Shown: piece after piece, positions 45,510-64,000 of the stretch
Layout of the letters: every line of letters begins with the position of its first letter
Position numbering within the stretch: position 1 is the stretch's first letter
Assembly: GCF_009914755.1 (NCBI RefSeq)
Contig: NC_060932.1
DNA length: 64,000 bases
Direction: 5' to 3' (one strand)
From: the human T2T-CHM13v2.0 reference genome, Homo sapiens
Notes under the pieces: model-generated
The model's input: the letters and a program-made list of their open reading frames with translations, nothing else
Told to the model about the DNA's origin: nothing
The model's database searches: none
Made by a program: the position numbers and the translations under genes

Positions 45510-46864
45510 TGATTGTTAACCTGATCTAGCTACTCCTCAAGAATCTAAATCAATCAATTTGCTTCCTAGAGACAGAAGTTCCAGCCTTGGACCTTGACAG
45601 TTATTTTGACCTAACATTGGTTATAATTTTTCTCCACCTCATCCAAGAAGATGGTGGATTGGAGCTCTTTTCACATAGCTCTACCAGTCTTCCCAGCAAC
45701 ACTGGGGGATAGTCATTTATTTTCTGCAGAGAAAGAGATAGATGCAAACAGTCAACTTACCAGCTGGAAACTGGGACCAGTATCAATTTCTTACTGTGAC
45801 ATTCAGCCCTCGTTTCACCTCTTGACCCCTTTCATGCCTGCATCAACCAGTAGTTCTGTTGGGCTCAGAGCTCATGACAGAGGGGCTCACAGTCTTCCAT
45901 TTGGCTTCCTGAAATCCCTTCCTTTCCCCCTTGCAGTGCTTCCATGCAGGACTTTGGGTGTGTAGTAAGGGCAATTTACATCCCTGAGTGAAAATGCTGA
46001 ATGTTCAGCGAGACTTGGTCACTAGGCTCATTAGTGAAGAAATAGCAATTATTCACTGGGTGTTGCTGGGTTTGAAAAAAAAGAATGTGTACCCTAGAGG
46101 CCAGGCCCAAAGGGAAGAGCGTACTTTCTCTCAGCATTGAGTAAAATGCATTGAGTAAAATTTCTCTCAGCATTGAGTAAAATCGGCCATTTTTTAAATG
46201 AGCCTTGGGAATCCAGCATAACTATTCCCTCTATGCCCAATTTCTCCATCACAATAATGAATTCCATGTACAACCTAAGTGACCCATGACTGTTGGATCT
46301 CACTGCACTTCCCTGCCAATTCTCAGAATAGACAGAGTATCACACAGTTTCTGGAGGGAACTTCTAATTACAGGAACACAGTCTTCTTGTCTGAGTCTTG
46401 TTTTCAGTTCTTGGAGCCTCTCCAGCAGGGACCATCTCTGTCTTGTGTAACATTTGGGTAACATCCAATCCACTCAGGAATTCTTCCCTGCTAGGGAACC
46501 TACTATATACACCCAATGAATATCAGCTAACTGCCCTCCACTTTTAATTAGGTTTTGGGAAGAAAGATCAATAAGACATAGTCCTGCCTTTAAGGGAGTA
46601 AAGGTCTAGGAGAAGAGGGATATCAACAGTAAATAGGATACCTATTATGGCAGGTGAATCCATTTGGGAGGCCCCAAATGGGGAGGATGTTGAACTTGGA
46701 CCATAAAGAAAATCTAAGTAGAAGAAATGATACAAGCTAAGTGTAGAAGGCTTAGTAAGAGTTCAGGAGTAGAATCAAATAAGCATGCTAATCCTGAGCG
46801 CAAAGGCGCAGGAAAAAATGACAGTATGTTACATTCTGTAGATAAAAGACAATCTTTGGAGTAG

Positions 46865-47222
<358 letters not shown>

Positions 47223-47423
47223 ACACACATACATCAATATGTTAGTCTATCAGTTTCAATTTAAGTGTTAGTTGGAAATTGATGAAAATCAATTGACATT
47301 TGATGAAATTTGCAATTGAGCAAAGTAACTGGTTCCCAATTGGGGAACAGAATGAAGGGTCCTGTTTCTATGAGGTTTTGTTTCATAGCCACCCTAAACA
47401 TAGTAGTTTAAAACAACCACCAG

Positions 47424-47555
47424 ACTGGGCTCAGTGGCTCATGCCTATAATCCCACCATTTTTGGAGGCCAGGCGTGAGGATCACTTGAGTCTAGGAGTT
47501 CAAGACCAGCCTGGGCAACATGGCAAAACCCTGCCTCTCAAACAACAACAACACC
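47424..47555 (+). mobile_element. Alu left monomer (FLAM-like)
   Basis: GTGGCTCATGCCTATAATCCCA..GAGTTCAAGACCAGCCTGGGCAACATGG. Confidence 0.85.
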
Positions 47556-47909
47556 CCACCACCATTTATTTAGGGTTTGTTGCTTGACATTTTAGGCTGT
47601 GCTTGGCCTGAGAGTTCTCTTGACTGGCTTCTGCAGTCAGTTTCTAGGTAGGATGGGGTTTATTGTTCTTCACTCAATGTCTCATTCCCCAGCCATCCAG
47701 GTTAGGCCTGTTCACACATTGCTGGAGGGTACCATTGTATTGGGTTTGCCTACACCCCATCAGCCAGTGCAATCATGGGTGAGCCCAAGGTGAAAGGGCC
47801 CTCAGCTACATGGAAGGGGCTTGGATATAGGAAAGAAAAGACACAGTGGCCATTCTTTTCTGCAGTTGGCCACAAGGCCAGTGTATTATTGCAAGAATCT
47901 AAGTAAGGG

Positions 47910-48255
47910 GAACAGCTTTATTGAGATATGATTAACATGTGGGAAATTCGCATTTTTTAAGTATACAACCTGATAAATTTCAGCCTATGTATACACCTAT
48001 GAAGCCATTACGAAAATCAAGATTGTGAACCATTGGCCAGGCACGATGGTGTGTGCTCATAATCCCAGCTACTCAGGAGGCTGAGGTGGGAGGGTCACTT
48101 GAGCTCATGAATTCAAGACCAGCCTGGGCAACATAGCAAGACTCCATCTAAAAAAAAAGTGAACCCCCCAAAATTTCCTAATGCTCCTTTATGTTAACAA
48201 TTAATATAAACAATAATAATAATTTTCCCCATTCCTTCTCCAGGCAACCAATGGG
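47910..48255 (-). mobile_element. L1M 3' end fragment with plus-strand Alu monomer (48034-48158)
   Basis: CAGCTTTATTGAGATATGATT..AAAATCAAGAT..CCAGGCAACCA. Confidence 0.7.
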
Positions 48256-48916
48256 AGAGGATCACACTTCTCCCAGTGGCTCATTCCATTACTGACAGCC
48301 ATAACCATGTTTTCCTGTAAAGAGTCGAAGCCTGACTTCCAACCACTGCTTTTCTTTCCCTGTTCTTCTCCTCCCCTCTCCCCCAATCCTTTTCTCACCA
48401 CCAACGTAGTACACTGTGGAGCCTCTCACAGTGGAGGTCTTATTGTGCCCTTAGTGGAAGGTGTGGAGCTGTAGAGATGTGGGCAGGCACTCAATTAGAG
48501 TCCTTCCTGTTTCATTGGAAACTACACATGGAAAGAGCCACATAGAGCATCCTAGAGATGGAAACAGAACATTGCACACAGGTGGAAGAAAATTTGGTTT
48601 ATGATTCTGGGAGGCTGAACATGAAATCATGCCAGCAGACCAAAGCAGCTTATTTTATGAGACTGAAATTCTTTATAGAGATACTCAGATCCTAGGAATA
48701 AACAGCTTAAGTTTAAAAGGTCTTGAAACCATAAATCTCACTAATTATCTTGGTTTTGTCTTTATGGCTGGTACACAGCAAATCCTGCCAGAGCTACTCA
48801 GCAGCCCTAGGCTTCTGTCCCTTTAGATATCAAGGTGTGCAGGTGAAAGCACAGCATTTTCAAGACACCTGAGGGCCACCACTCATTTGTTTTTAGAGAC
48901 ATTAGACCTTCTACTT

Positions 48917-48919
<3 letters not shown>

Positions 48920-48981
<62 letters not shown>
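48920..48981. repeat. Perfect (AT)31 microsatellite
   Basis: Uninterrupted alternating TA for 62 bp. Confidence 0.97.
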
Positions 48982-48983
<2 letters not shown>

Positions 48984-49227
48984 TTTGGCAGATGCTACTG
49001 TGTGGAAGATCCTGAGTAGATATTTGCTTGGAGGTGTTGGAGATAGGAGTTGTCCACAGATGGTATCCTATCTGGTTAATTGATAGAAGTCTCCTCCTTT
49101 CTGCAGAACAGTATGACCCAGAATTGGAGGACAGTAGCCTTTGCTCCTGTGTTTCTCTTCCTGGGCTGGTCTTCCATATTTGGAGTGGGATTTATAGTTT
49201 ACAGTGAAGTTAGGAGATGGTCCTGTC

Positions 49228-49592
49228 TGATACAGTTTGGCTGTGTCCCCATTCAAATCTCATCTTGAATTGTAGTTCCCATAATCCCCATGTGTAGTGG
49301 GAGGGACCTGGTTGGAGGTAATTGAATCTTGGGAGCGGGTTTTTGCCATGCTGTTCTTGTGATAGTAAATAAGCCTCAAGAGATCTGATGGTTTTATAAA
49401 GAGCAGTTCCTCTGCACACGCTCTCTTGCGTGCAGCCATGTAAGACGTGTCTTTGCTCCTCCTTCACCTTCCACCATGATTGTGGAGCCTCCCCTGCCAC
49501 GTGGAACTGTGAGTCCATTAAACCTCTCTTTCTTTATAAATTACCCAGTCGTGGGTATATCTTTATTAGCAGTGTGAGAATGGACTAATACA
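49228..49592 (+). mobile_element. THE1 (B/C) solo LTR
   Basis: TG...CA termini; perfect 5-bp TSD CTGTC at 49223-49227 and 49593-49597. Confidence 0.92.
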
Positions 49593-50000
49593 CTGTCCTG
49601 GATAGAGTTGAGTTTGGCCAGTTGATGGAACTATGTAGTGGGAGACTCCACATCCCTAAATAAAGGCCATGGAGACTCAGCCAACTTCATGCAGACATAC
49701 TCCTCAGTCCTTCAGCTGGTAGAAGGAATTGCAACATATAGGCTGCTGGAACCTACTTCCTGCACCAGACCTAAGGAGTACGGAACTCCTCCAAGAAGAT
49801 GGGAGGTTAGCAGGAGGAAAGACACGTATCTTTCCCTCAAACAGTCCCCAAAGCAGAATTTATGGGAAAGTCTTGCCTTAAAGATCAGCCAGTGGACATT
49901 TTTTAGATAATATAGTGACAAGTCAGTGATTTCCATGAATCATTTTGTGTTGCTATTTCTCTTTTTGCAAAATGGAGATAACAGTGGGACCCACCCCATC

Positions 50001-50392
50001 CAGTTTGGATTTGTGTCCCTTCTAAATCTCATGTTGAAATGTAATCCCCAATGTTGGAGGTATGGCCTGGTGAGAGGTGTTTGGGTCATGGGGGCAGATG
50101 GTCCCTTATGGTTTGGTGCTGTCCTTGCAATAGTGAGTTGCAAGATCTGGTTGTTTGAAAATGTGTGGCACCTCCCCTGACCCTCTTTTGTTCCTGCTTT
50201 CACCATAAGCCGTGCCTGCTCCCCCTTCACCTTCTGCCATGAATAAAAGCTCCCTGGGGCCTCCCCAGAATCTGAGCAAATGCCAGCACCAGGCTTCCCA
50301 TCAAGTCTGCAGAACCATGAGCCAATTAAACCTCTTTTCTTAGAAATTACCTAGTTTCAGATATTTATTTATAGCAATAATGGCCTAATACA
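50001..50392 (+). mobile_element. MSTB-like solo LTR inside a MIR
   Basis: AAATCTCATGTTGAAATGTAATCCCCAATGTTGGAGG..GAGCCAATTAAACCTCTTTTC..CTAATACA. Confidence 0.88.
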
Positions 50393-50561
50393 ATGCCACA
50401 TAGGTAGCTGTGAAGATTAACTGAGTTAACATGTGTAAAACACTTAGAGTAATGGCCTAACATACTGAGCACAGAATGAATATTCAATTTAGCAAATATT
50501 TACTTAAAATCTTCCACACAGTAGCATCAGGGTTAAAAGCAGATATCAAGAACAAACAAGG

Positions 50562-51566
<1,005 letters not shown>

Positions 51567-51777
51567 TCAACCTAAAAATGTTTATCTGTTTATTCAGCAA
51601 ATGTGCTTTGGTGTTTCTTCTACTCTGGACCTAAGGCCTCATTCTTCATGAAAAGACTCTCTTAACTAGAGGCCAGTATCTTAGGTCCACTCTGTTCTGG
51701 GCTGTAAGACATCCAGGGTCTTCCCCTCACTTTTTCCTGCATTTTCCTTTCCTTGACTGTTCTGGGTCATGGTAGAT

Positions 51778-52150
51778 CAGTGACTCTCATCCATGGGCAA
51801 CTTTGCCCCAAGGGGGACACTGACAATGTCTGGAGACTTCTTTGGTATCCATGACTTGACACTGGGGAGGTAAAAGGGGATTGCTAATGGGTTGAGGCCA
51901 CATATGCTGCTAAATGTCCTACAGTGTACAGTTTTATAATTTTATAATGTATCATTTTATTATTTAACAGAGACAGGGTCTTCCTATGGTGCCCAGGCTG
52001 GTCTCAAACTCCTGGGCTCAAGTGATACTCCTGCTTTAGCCTTCCAAAGTGCTGGGATTAAAGGTGCACCTGGCCAATGTCTTACAATATACAGAACAGC
52101 ATGCCCCATGGAGAATTATCTGTCAACAGTTCCCAGGTTGAGGAACTCTG
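51778..52150 (+). mobile_element. MER20 interrupted by antisense Alu monomer (~51960-52075)
   Basis: GACAATGTCTGGAGAC..GAGGCCA..ATGCTGCTAAA..GAGAATTATCTG..AGGTTGAGGAACTCTG. Confidence 0.75.
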
Positions 52151-52535
52151 TGATAGAATAACAGTTTCTGGACCAGTAATTAAGGGAAAGATAGAGGGTA
52201 GTTAGCTACTCCTTAAGGCTCATAAGATGATACTCTTCTGGTCCCATCTAGTTATACCCAGGCCACCAGGCCCAGGGGTTCCATAGAGTGGTTGGAAGCT
52301 AAGACCTTATTGCACTAAATAGAACCTTTTTTTTCTCTCCCAATAGCAATCAATTTGTACCTCACCTTTACTCACCTGCCAGAGAAGAATGTATCCAGAC
52401 AGAGCTTCCAAGGGTTCAGGATCCAGCCAATAGATTTTCTCATTTTTCTTTTAATGAGCTTTCCCAGTTTGAAAGAACCTGCCAATAGATGTGCCTCTTG
52501 GAACAAATTGAATAGTCAAGAAACACACTAGCCAA

Positions 52536-52713
52536 TGTAAACAAAAAATAAAACTCTAAGCACCCCATCCATCTAAATGAACCCCTCCTTTTGGCCAAGG
52601 ACATTCCAAAGTTAACTTGAAAAACTAGTCCAGGCCATGATGAAAAGTGGGAGTCAAACATGACTCATTATCCCTCCTCCCTTTGGAATTCATTATACCC
52701 TTCTCTCATTGGA
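52536..52713 (+). mobile_element. MER4-family ERV1 LTR, 5' part only, truncated by the satellite
   Basis: TGTAAACAAAAAATAAAACTCTAAG..GGCCAAGGACATTCCAAAGTTAAC.TGAAAAACTAG..CAGGCCATGATG. Confidence 0.75.
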
Positions 52714-58828
<6,115 letters not shown>

Positions 58829-58844
58829 TTCAGAGAAAAAATAA

Positions 58845-58968
58845 ATAAAAATAAATCATTCTACCATGAAGACACATGAATGTGTATGCTCATCACAACA
58901 CTATTCACAATAGCAAAACATGGAATCTACCTAGATGCCCTTCAATGGTGGACTGGATAAAGAATATG

Positions 58969-59005
<37 letters not shown>

Positions 59006-59360
59006 ATGGAATACTATGCAGCCATAAAAAAGAATGAAATCATGTTCTTTGCAGCAACATGGATGAAGCTGGAGACCATTATCCTGAGGGAAATAATGGA
59101 GGAACAGAAAACCAAATACTGCATGTTCTCACTTACAAGTGGCAGCTAAACTCTGAATACAAATGAATGCAAAGAAGTTAACACCAGAGACTACTAGAGG
59201 GTGGAGGGTGGGATGAGAGTGAGTATTGAAAAACTACCTGTTGGGTATTATGCTCATTACCTGGGTGACAAAATAATGGCAAGCCCCTGTGACACACTAT
59301 TCACCCATGTAACAAATCTGCATGTGTACTCTATGAATATAAAATAAAAATTGGAAAGAA
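58845..59360 (+). mobile_element. Older L1 3' end (L1PA15-17-like) with (CA)16 at 58970-59001
   Basis: ATAAATCATTCTACCAT.AAGACACATG..GAGGGTGGAGGGTGGGA..GAAAAACTACCT..AAAATAAAAATTGG. Confidence 0.85.
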
Positions 59361-59743
59361 AAGAGCAAATTAGGAATAGAAGAGAACTTCCTAAACTGAA
59401 AAACAGTATTTAATAATATCCTACATAAAATTATCATAATGGCAAAACATTAAGTGCTTTTTTCCTGAGATTCACAATGAGACAAGAATTTCTGCTATTT
59501 CCACTTGTTTGTTTTTTTTGCAACATCATACTAGTCATAAAATTTTGCAATGAGGAAAAAATGAGAACAAAATTCATGAGGTTTGGATAGGAAGAAGTAA
59601 AACTCTCAGGGTTTGCCAAAAAGATAATTGTGTGCATTTAAAATTCAAAATAATTTGTAGACAATTTAAAATTAATAAATGATTTAGCAATATCACTGGA
59701 CATAAGGTCATTATAGAAAAATTATTTAAATTTATATCTCAAC
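59361..59743 (+). mobile_element. Old L1M ORF2 fragment
   Basis: GCAAATTAGGAATAGAAGAGAACTTCCT..GATAGGAAGAAGTAAAACTCTC..ATTTAGCAA..GGACATAAGGTCA. Confidence 0.7.
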
Positions 59744-60081
59744 TGATATGGTTTGGATCTCTGTCCCCACTGAGGTTGGAGGTGGGCCTGGTGGGAGGTG
59801 ATTGGATCATGGGGGTAGAGTTCTCATGAATGGTTTAGTGCCAGCCTCTCGGTGCTAGTCTTATGGAAGTGAGTGAATTATCATGAGATCTGGTTGTTTT
59901 AAAAGTGTGTAGCATCTCTCCCACCTCCTATCTTGGTCCTGCTCCTGTCATGTAAGACGTCTGCTCCCACTTTACCTTGTGTTATGAGTGAAAGCTCCCT
60001 AAGGCCACCCCAGAAGCAGATGCTGCCATGTGCTCTGTACAGCCTGCAGAACCATGAGCCAATTAAACCTCTTTTCTTCAT
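59744..60081 (+). mobile_element. MST LTR ending at its polyadenylation site (U5 missing), followed by poly(A)
   Basis: TGATATGGTTTGG start; ATTAAA at 60062-60067, A-runs at 60082-60092 and 60113-60123. Confidence 0.88.
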
Positions 60082-60123
60082 AAAAAAAAAAACTTTTTTT
60101 AACCAATACATTAAAAAAAAAAA

Positions 60124-62495
60124 CTTTGTGTAAACCCTGGATATTATAAATATTAGAGCAATATTCCATCAATATCACAGTGTGTAAACACTGTGCATAA
60201 GTACTGGATATTATAAATATCAGAGCAATATTTCATTAATATTGCGGTGTGTAAACAGTGCGTGTAATTACAAATATCAGAACAATATGTCATCAATATC
60301 ACAGTGTGTAAACACTGGATATTATAAATGTCAGAACGATATATCACCAATATCATAGTGTGAAAACACTGTGCATAATTAAAAATATCAGAGTGATATG
60401 TCATCAATATCACAGTGTGTAAACACTGCATGTAATTACAAATATCAGAGCGATATGTCACAAATATCACAGTGTGTAAACACTGCACGTAATTACAAAT
60501 ATCAGCAATATGTCATCAATATCACAGCGTGTAAACACTGCGTAATTACAAATATCAGAGTGATATATTGTCAATATCACAGTGTGTAAACACTGCATGT
60601 AATTACAAATATCAGAGCAATATGTCATCAATATCACAGTGTGTAAACATTGTGCGTAATTACAAATATCAGAGCGATATGTCGTGAATATCACAGTGTG
60701 TTAACAATGCACGCAATTACAAATATCATAGCGACATGTCAACAATATCACAGCCTGTAAACACTGTGTGTAATTACAAATATCAGAGCAATATGTCATC
60801 AACATCACAGTGTGTAAACACTGCACATAATGACAAATATCATAGCGATATGTCGCCAATATCACAGTGTGTAAACACTGGATATTATAAATATCAGAAC
60901 GATATATCACCAATATCACAGTGTGTAAACACTGTGCTTAATTACAAATATCAGAGCGATATATCAACAGTGTGAAAACACTGTGCATAATTAAAAATAT
61001 CAGAGCGATATGTCATCAGTATCACAGTGTGTAAACACTGCGCGTAATTACAAATTTCAGAGCGATATGTCACCAATATCACAGTGTGTAAACACTGAGC
61101 GTAATTACAAATATCAGAGCGATATGTCATCAGTATCACAGTGTGTAAACACTGCACATAATTACAAATATCAGCGATATGTTGTCAATATCACAGCGCG
61201 TAAACACTGTGCGTAATTACAAATATCAGAGTGATATATTGTCAATATCACAGTGTGTAAACACTGCGTGTAATTACAAATATCAGAGTGATATGTCATC
61301 AGTATCACAGTGTGTAAACACTGCACATAATTACAAATATCAGAGCGATATGTCATCAATATCAGTGTGTAAACATTGTGCGTAATTACAAATATCAGAG
61401 CGATATGTCATCAGTATCACAGTGTGTAAACACTGCGCGTAATTACAAACATCAGAGCGATATGTCATCAATATCACAGTGTGTAAACACTGCACATAAT
61501 TACAAACATCAGAGCGATATTTCATCAATATCACAGTGTGTAAACATTGCACATAATTACAAATATCAGAGCGATATGTCGTCAATATCACAGTGTGTAA
61601 ACATTGTGTATAATTACAAATATCAGAGCGATATGTCGTCAGTATCACAGTGTGTAAACACTGCATGTAATTACAAATATGAGAGCGATATGTCATCAAT
61701 ATCACAGTGTGTAAACACTGCACATAATTACAAATATCAGAGCGATATGTCATCAATATCACAGTGTGTAAACATTGTGTATAATTACAAATATCAGAGC
61801 GATATGTCGTCAGTATCACAGTGTGTAAACACTGCATGTAATTACAAATATCAGAGCAATATGACATCGGTATCACAGTGTGTAAACATTGTGTGTAATT
61901 ACAAATATCAGAGCGACATGTCATCAGTACCAGTGTGTAAACACTGCACGTAATTACAAATATCACAGTGATATGTCACCAATATCACAGTGTGTAAATA
62001 CTGCACGTAATTATAAATATCAGAGCGATATGTCGTCAGTATCACAGTGTGTAAACACTGCACATAATTACAAATATCAGAGCGATATGTCACCAATATC
62101 ACAGTGTGTAAACATTGCGTGTAATTACAAACATCAGAACGATATATTGTCAATATCACAGTGTGTAAACACTGCGTGTGATTACAAATATCAGAGTGAT
62201 ATATTGACAGTATCACAGTGTGTAAACACTGCATGTAATTACAAATATCAGAGCGATATACCGTCAATATCACAGTGTGTAAACACTGTGCATAATTACA
62301 AATTTCAGAGCGAGGGAGCGATGTATCACCAATATCACCGTGTGTAAACACTACATGTAATTACAAATATCAGAGCGATATGTCATCAATATCACAACGT
62401 GTAAACACTGAGTATTATAAATATCAGAGTGATATTTCATTAATATCACAGTGTGTTTTCACTGGATATTAGAATATCAGGGTGATATTTTATTA
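60124..62495. repeat. Satellite, right part, mainly 57-bp unit (~40 copies)
   Basis: Unit AATATCACAGTGTGTAAACACTGCACATAATTACAAATATCAGAGCGATATGTCATC; gives 19-aa periodic ORFs on both strands. Confidence 0.92.
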
Positions 62496-62574
62496 ATTTT
62501 TTTCATTAAATTTTTTAAGTGATGTAAAGAATTTAGGGAATTTATCACCTCCCATAGATATTCGGGTGCTAATT

Positions 62575-62780
62575 AATAGTAAGAACCTGAACTTTTAGAT
62601 CGGACTGCCTGGGTTCAAATTCCAGTTGTACTATGTGTGACCTGGGTCAAGTTGCTGAACCTCTCTTCTCTTCATTTCCTAATCTGTGTAATGAGAATGA
62701 TATGATTAATATCTACCCCATGTGGCTATTATGACCAGTATGAGAATTAAATGAGCTCAGAAACTGCCTAGACTATTTGG
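62575..62780 (+). mobile_element. MIR
   Basis: GACTGCCTGGGTTCAAATTCCAG..TGTGTGACCTGGGTCAAGTTGCTGAACCTCTC. Confidence 0.85.
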
Positions 62781-62879
62781 CTCAACTGTTGGATTTTACT
62801 GGATACGTACTTAGAAAGCAACAATGGGGGTACTCCAAGTTGCTCACCATGACACATCGCTCCTCATTATTTTTCTATT

Positions 62880-63070
62880 GTTGTAGCACCTCTTTCCTTC
62901 TAATATACTGTAGAATTGAATTATTTATTACATCTATAATTCTTTGCCTGCATTCATCACTCCAAGAGTACGGGGCTCTTTGTTTTGTTCACGGACATAT
63001 GCCAAGCAGTTTATCAGAGTCTGGCACATAGTAGGTACTAAACAAATATTTGGTACTGAATAAATTTGCT
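62880..63070 (+). mobile_element. L2 3' end
   Basis: TTTGTTCAC..CTGGCACATAGTAGGTACTAAACAAATATTTG. Confidence 0.75.
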
Positions 63071-64000
63071 GTCATAATTTCCTTGACATTCGTAGAAACT
63101 TCAACTCTTAAGACTGCCAGAAATTTTAAAGGACAGCACATTCATTCAATAACCTCGTGTCAAAGACGTATTCTGTGACTGGTGTACAAGGCACCTGGTA
63201 TACAAAATGACTAATGCACTATTTGTGATCAAGAAGCAAACCAAGCTCAAAAATGAAGCATTTCAATACAATAAACAGTAATAGATTTAAGAACAAAATG
63301 AGGATTGAAAAGGAGAGAGTGTAAATCTCTCCAGGAGAGTCAGAGACGACTGAGTTGGGATAAGAGGTGTTCCCCAGGCAGAGAGTGCAGGGTACAGACA
63401 AACAGAGCAACAGCATGAAGCAGAACCAGGAAAGAACACAGTGTGTCTGGGAGACATAGAGCAGTGTAGGGTGCTCGTGATGGGGAAGATTTATTACCGT
63501 GATTATTGGCTGAGATGTCCTCAGTTCTGCAAGGACCATGTTTGTGATTATAGGCGTTAACAAAGATTGGTTTGGTTTGGTTTCAATCAGGCATGACTAA
63601 ATACTGAGAAATGGGATATCAGTGAGGCGCTGGGACCATGCAAACAGAGGCCAGACTGTCAGCAGCAGGTACGCCAAGATCAGAACTCAAAAAATACAAA
63701 GAAATAAGAGTCAGAGGAAATCCTGGGCAAGATATCAAGGCGATGACAATGGCTCTCTTCTGTGTGGGGGTCCAAAAAAATATAAAAGTGTTTTATGAAA
63801 GAAAAAAGAAAATGCTTATGGGTCTGTCAGAACAACCAGACTGGCCAAAGCTGGGATAACTTCAGAAGAAAAGCAGAGGAGCCTTGGGCCAGAGGAGAGC
63901 CTAGCTAAGTAGCCCCACAAGAGCAATCGCATTGAGGAGGATTTCCTGTTAATCCAGCACCACCCCCACTGTTATGGCTGGATATTATCATAACCTTGTT

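Noticed and set aside
48558-48630. METEHCTQVEE.. as an olfactory receptor (OR7) N-terminus relic
   Set aside because: No downstream OR motifs (GN, LHTPMY, MAYDRY) visible in any frame
60153-62351. Cys/His-rich 19-aa repeat ORFs up to 208 aa on both strands
   Set aside because: Consequence of a 57-bp unit divisible by 3; frames break wherever unit length varies; no promoter or splice support

Overview
Primate (human-like) genomic DNA, about half interspersed repeats (Alu, L1, L2, MIR, MaLR/ERV1 LTRs, MER DNA transposons). No intact host protein-coding gene, RNA gene or prokaryotic feature is supportable. Landmarks: (1) a disrupted copy of the zinc-finger exon plus 3'UTR of a C2H2 gene I recognise as ZNF317 (34.3-37.3 kb). 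From memory this would be ZNF317P1 at 8q22.1 inside the CIBAR1-DT/LINC00535 lncRNA (unverified). It lacks a poly(A) tail and cuts an MST LTR, so it looks DNA-duplicated rather than retroposed. (2) A ~6.3 kb palindromic SATR-like satellite (52.7-62.5 kb) whose unit changes stepwise from 61 to 76 to ~55 to 57 bp. (3) Inside that satellite, a 3.5 kb insertion that reads as an L1PA3-type 3' transduction polyadenylated at a captured MST LTR signal. (4) An ancient L2-clade reverse-transcriptase fossil at 14.25-14.51 kb with a still-readable frame, a candidate exapted element. Smaller items include repeated Alu insertion at one site, AT-rich cruciform-prone repeats, a CTCF motif and two candidate minus-strand exons. 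Repeat subfamily calls are by eye and boundaries are approximate.
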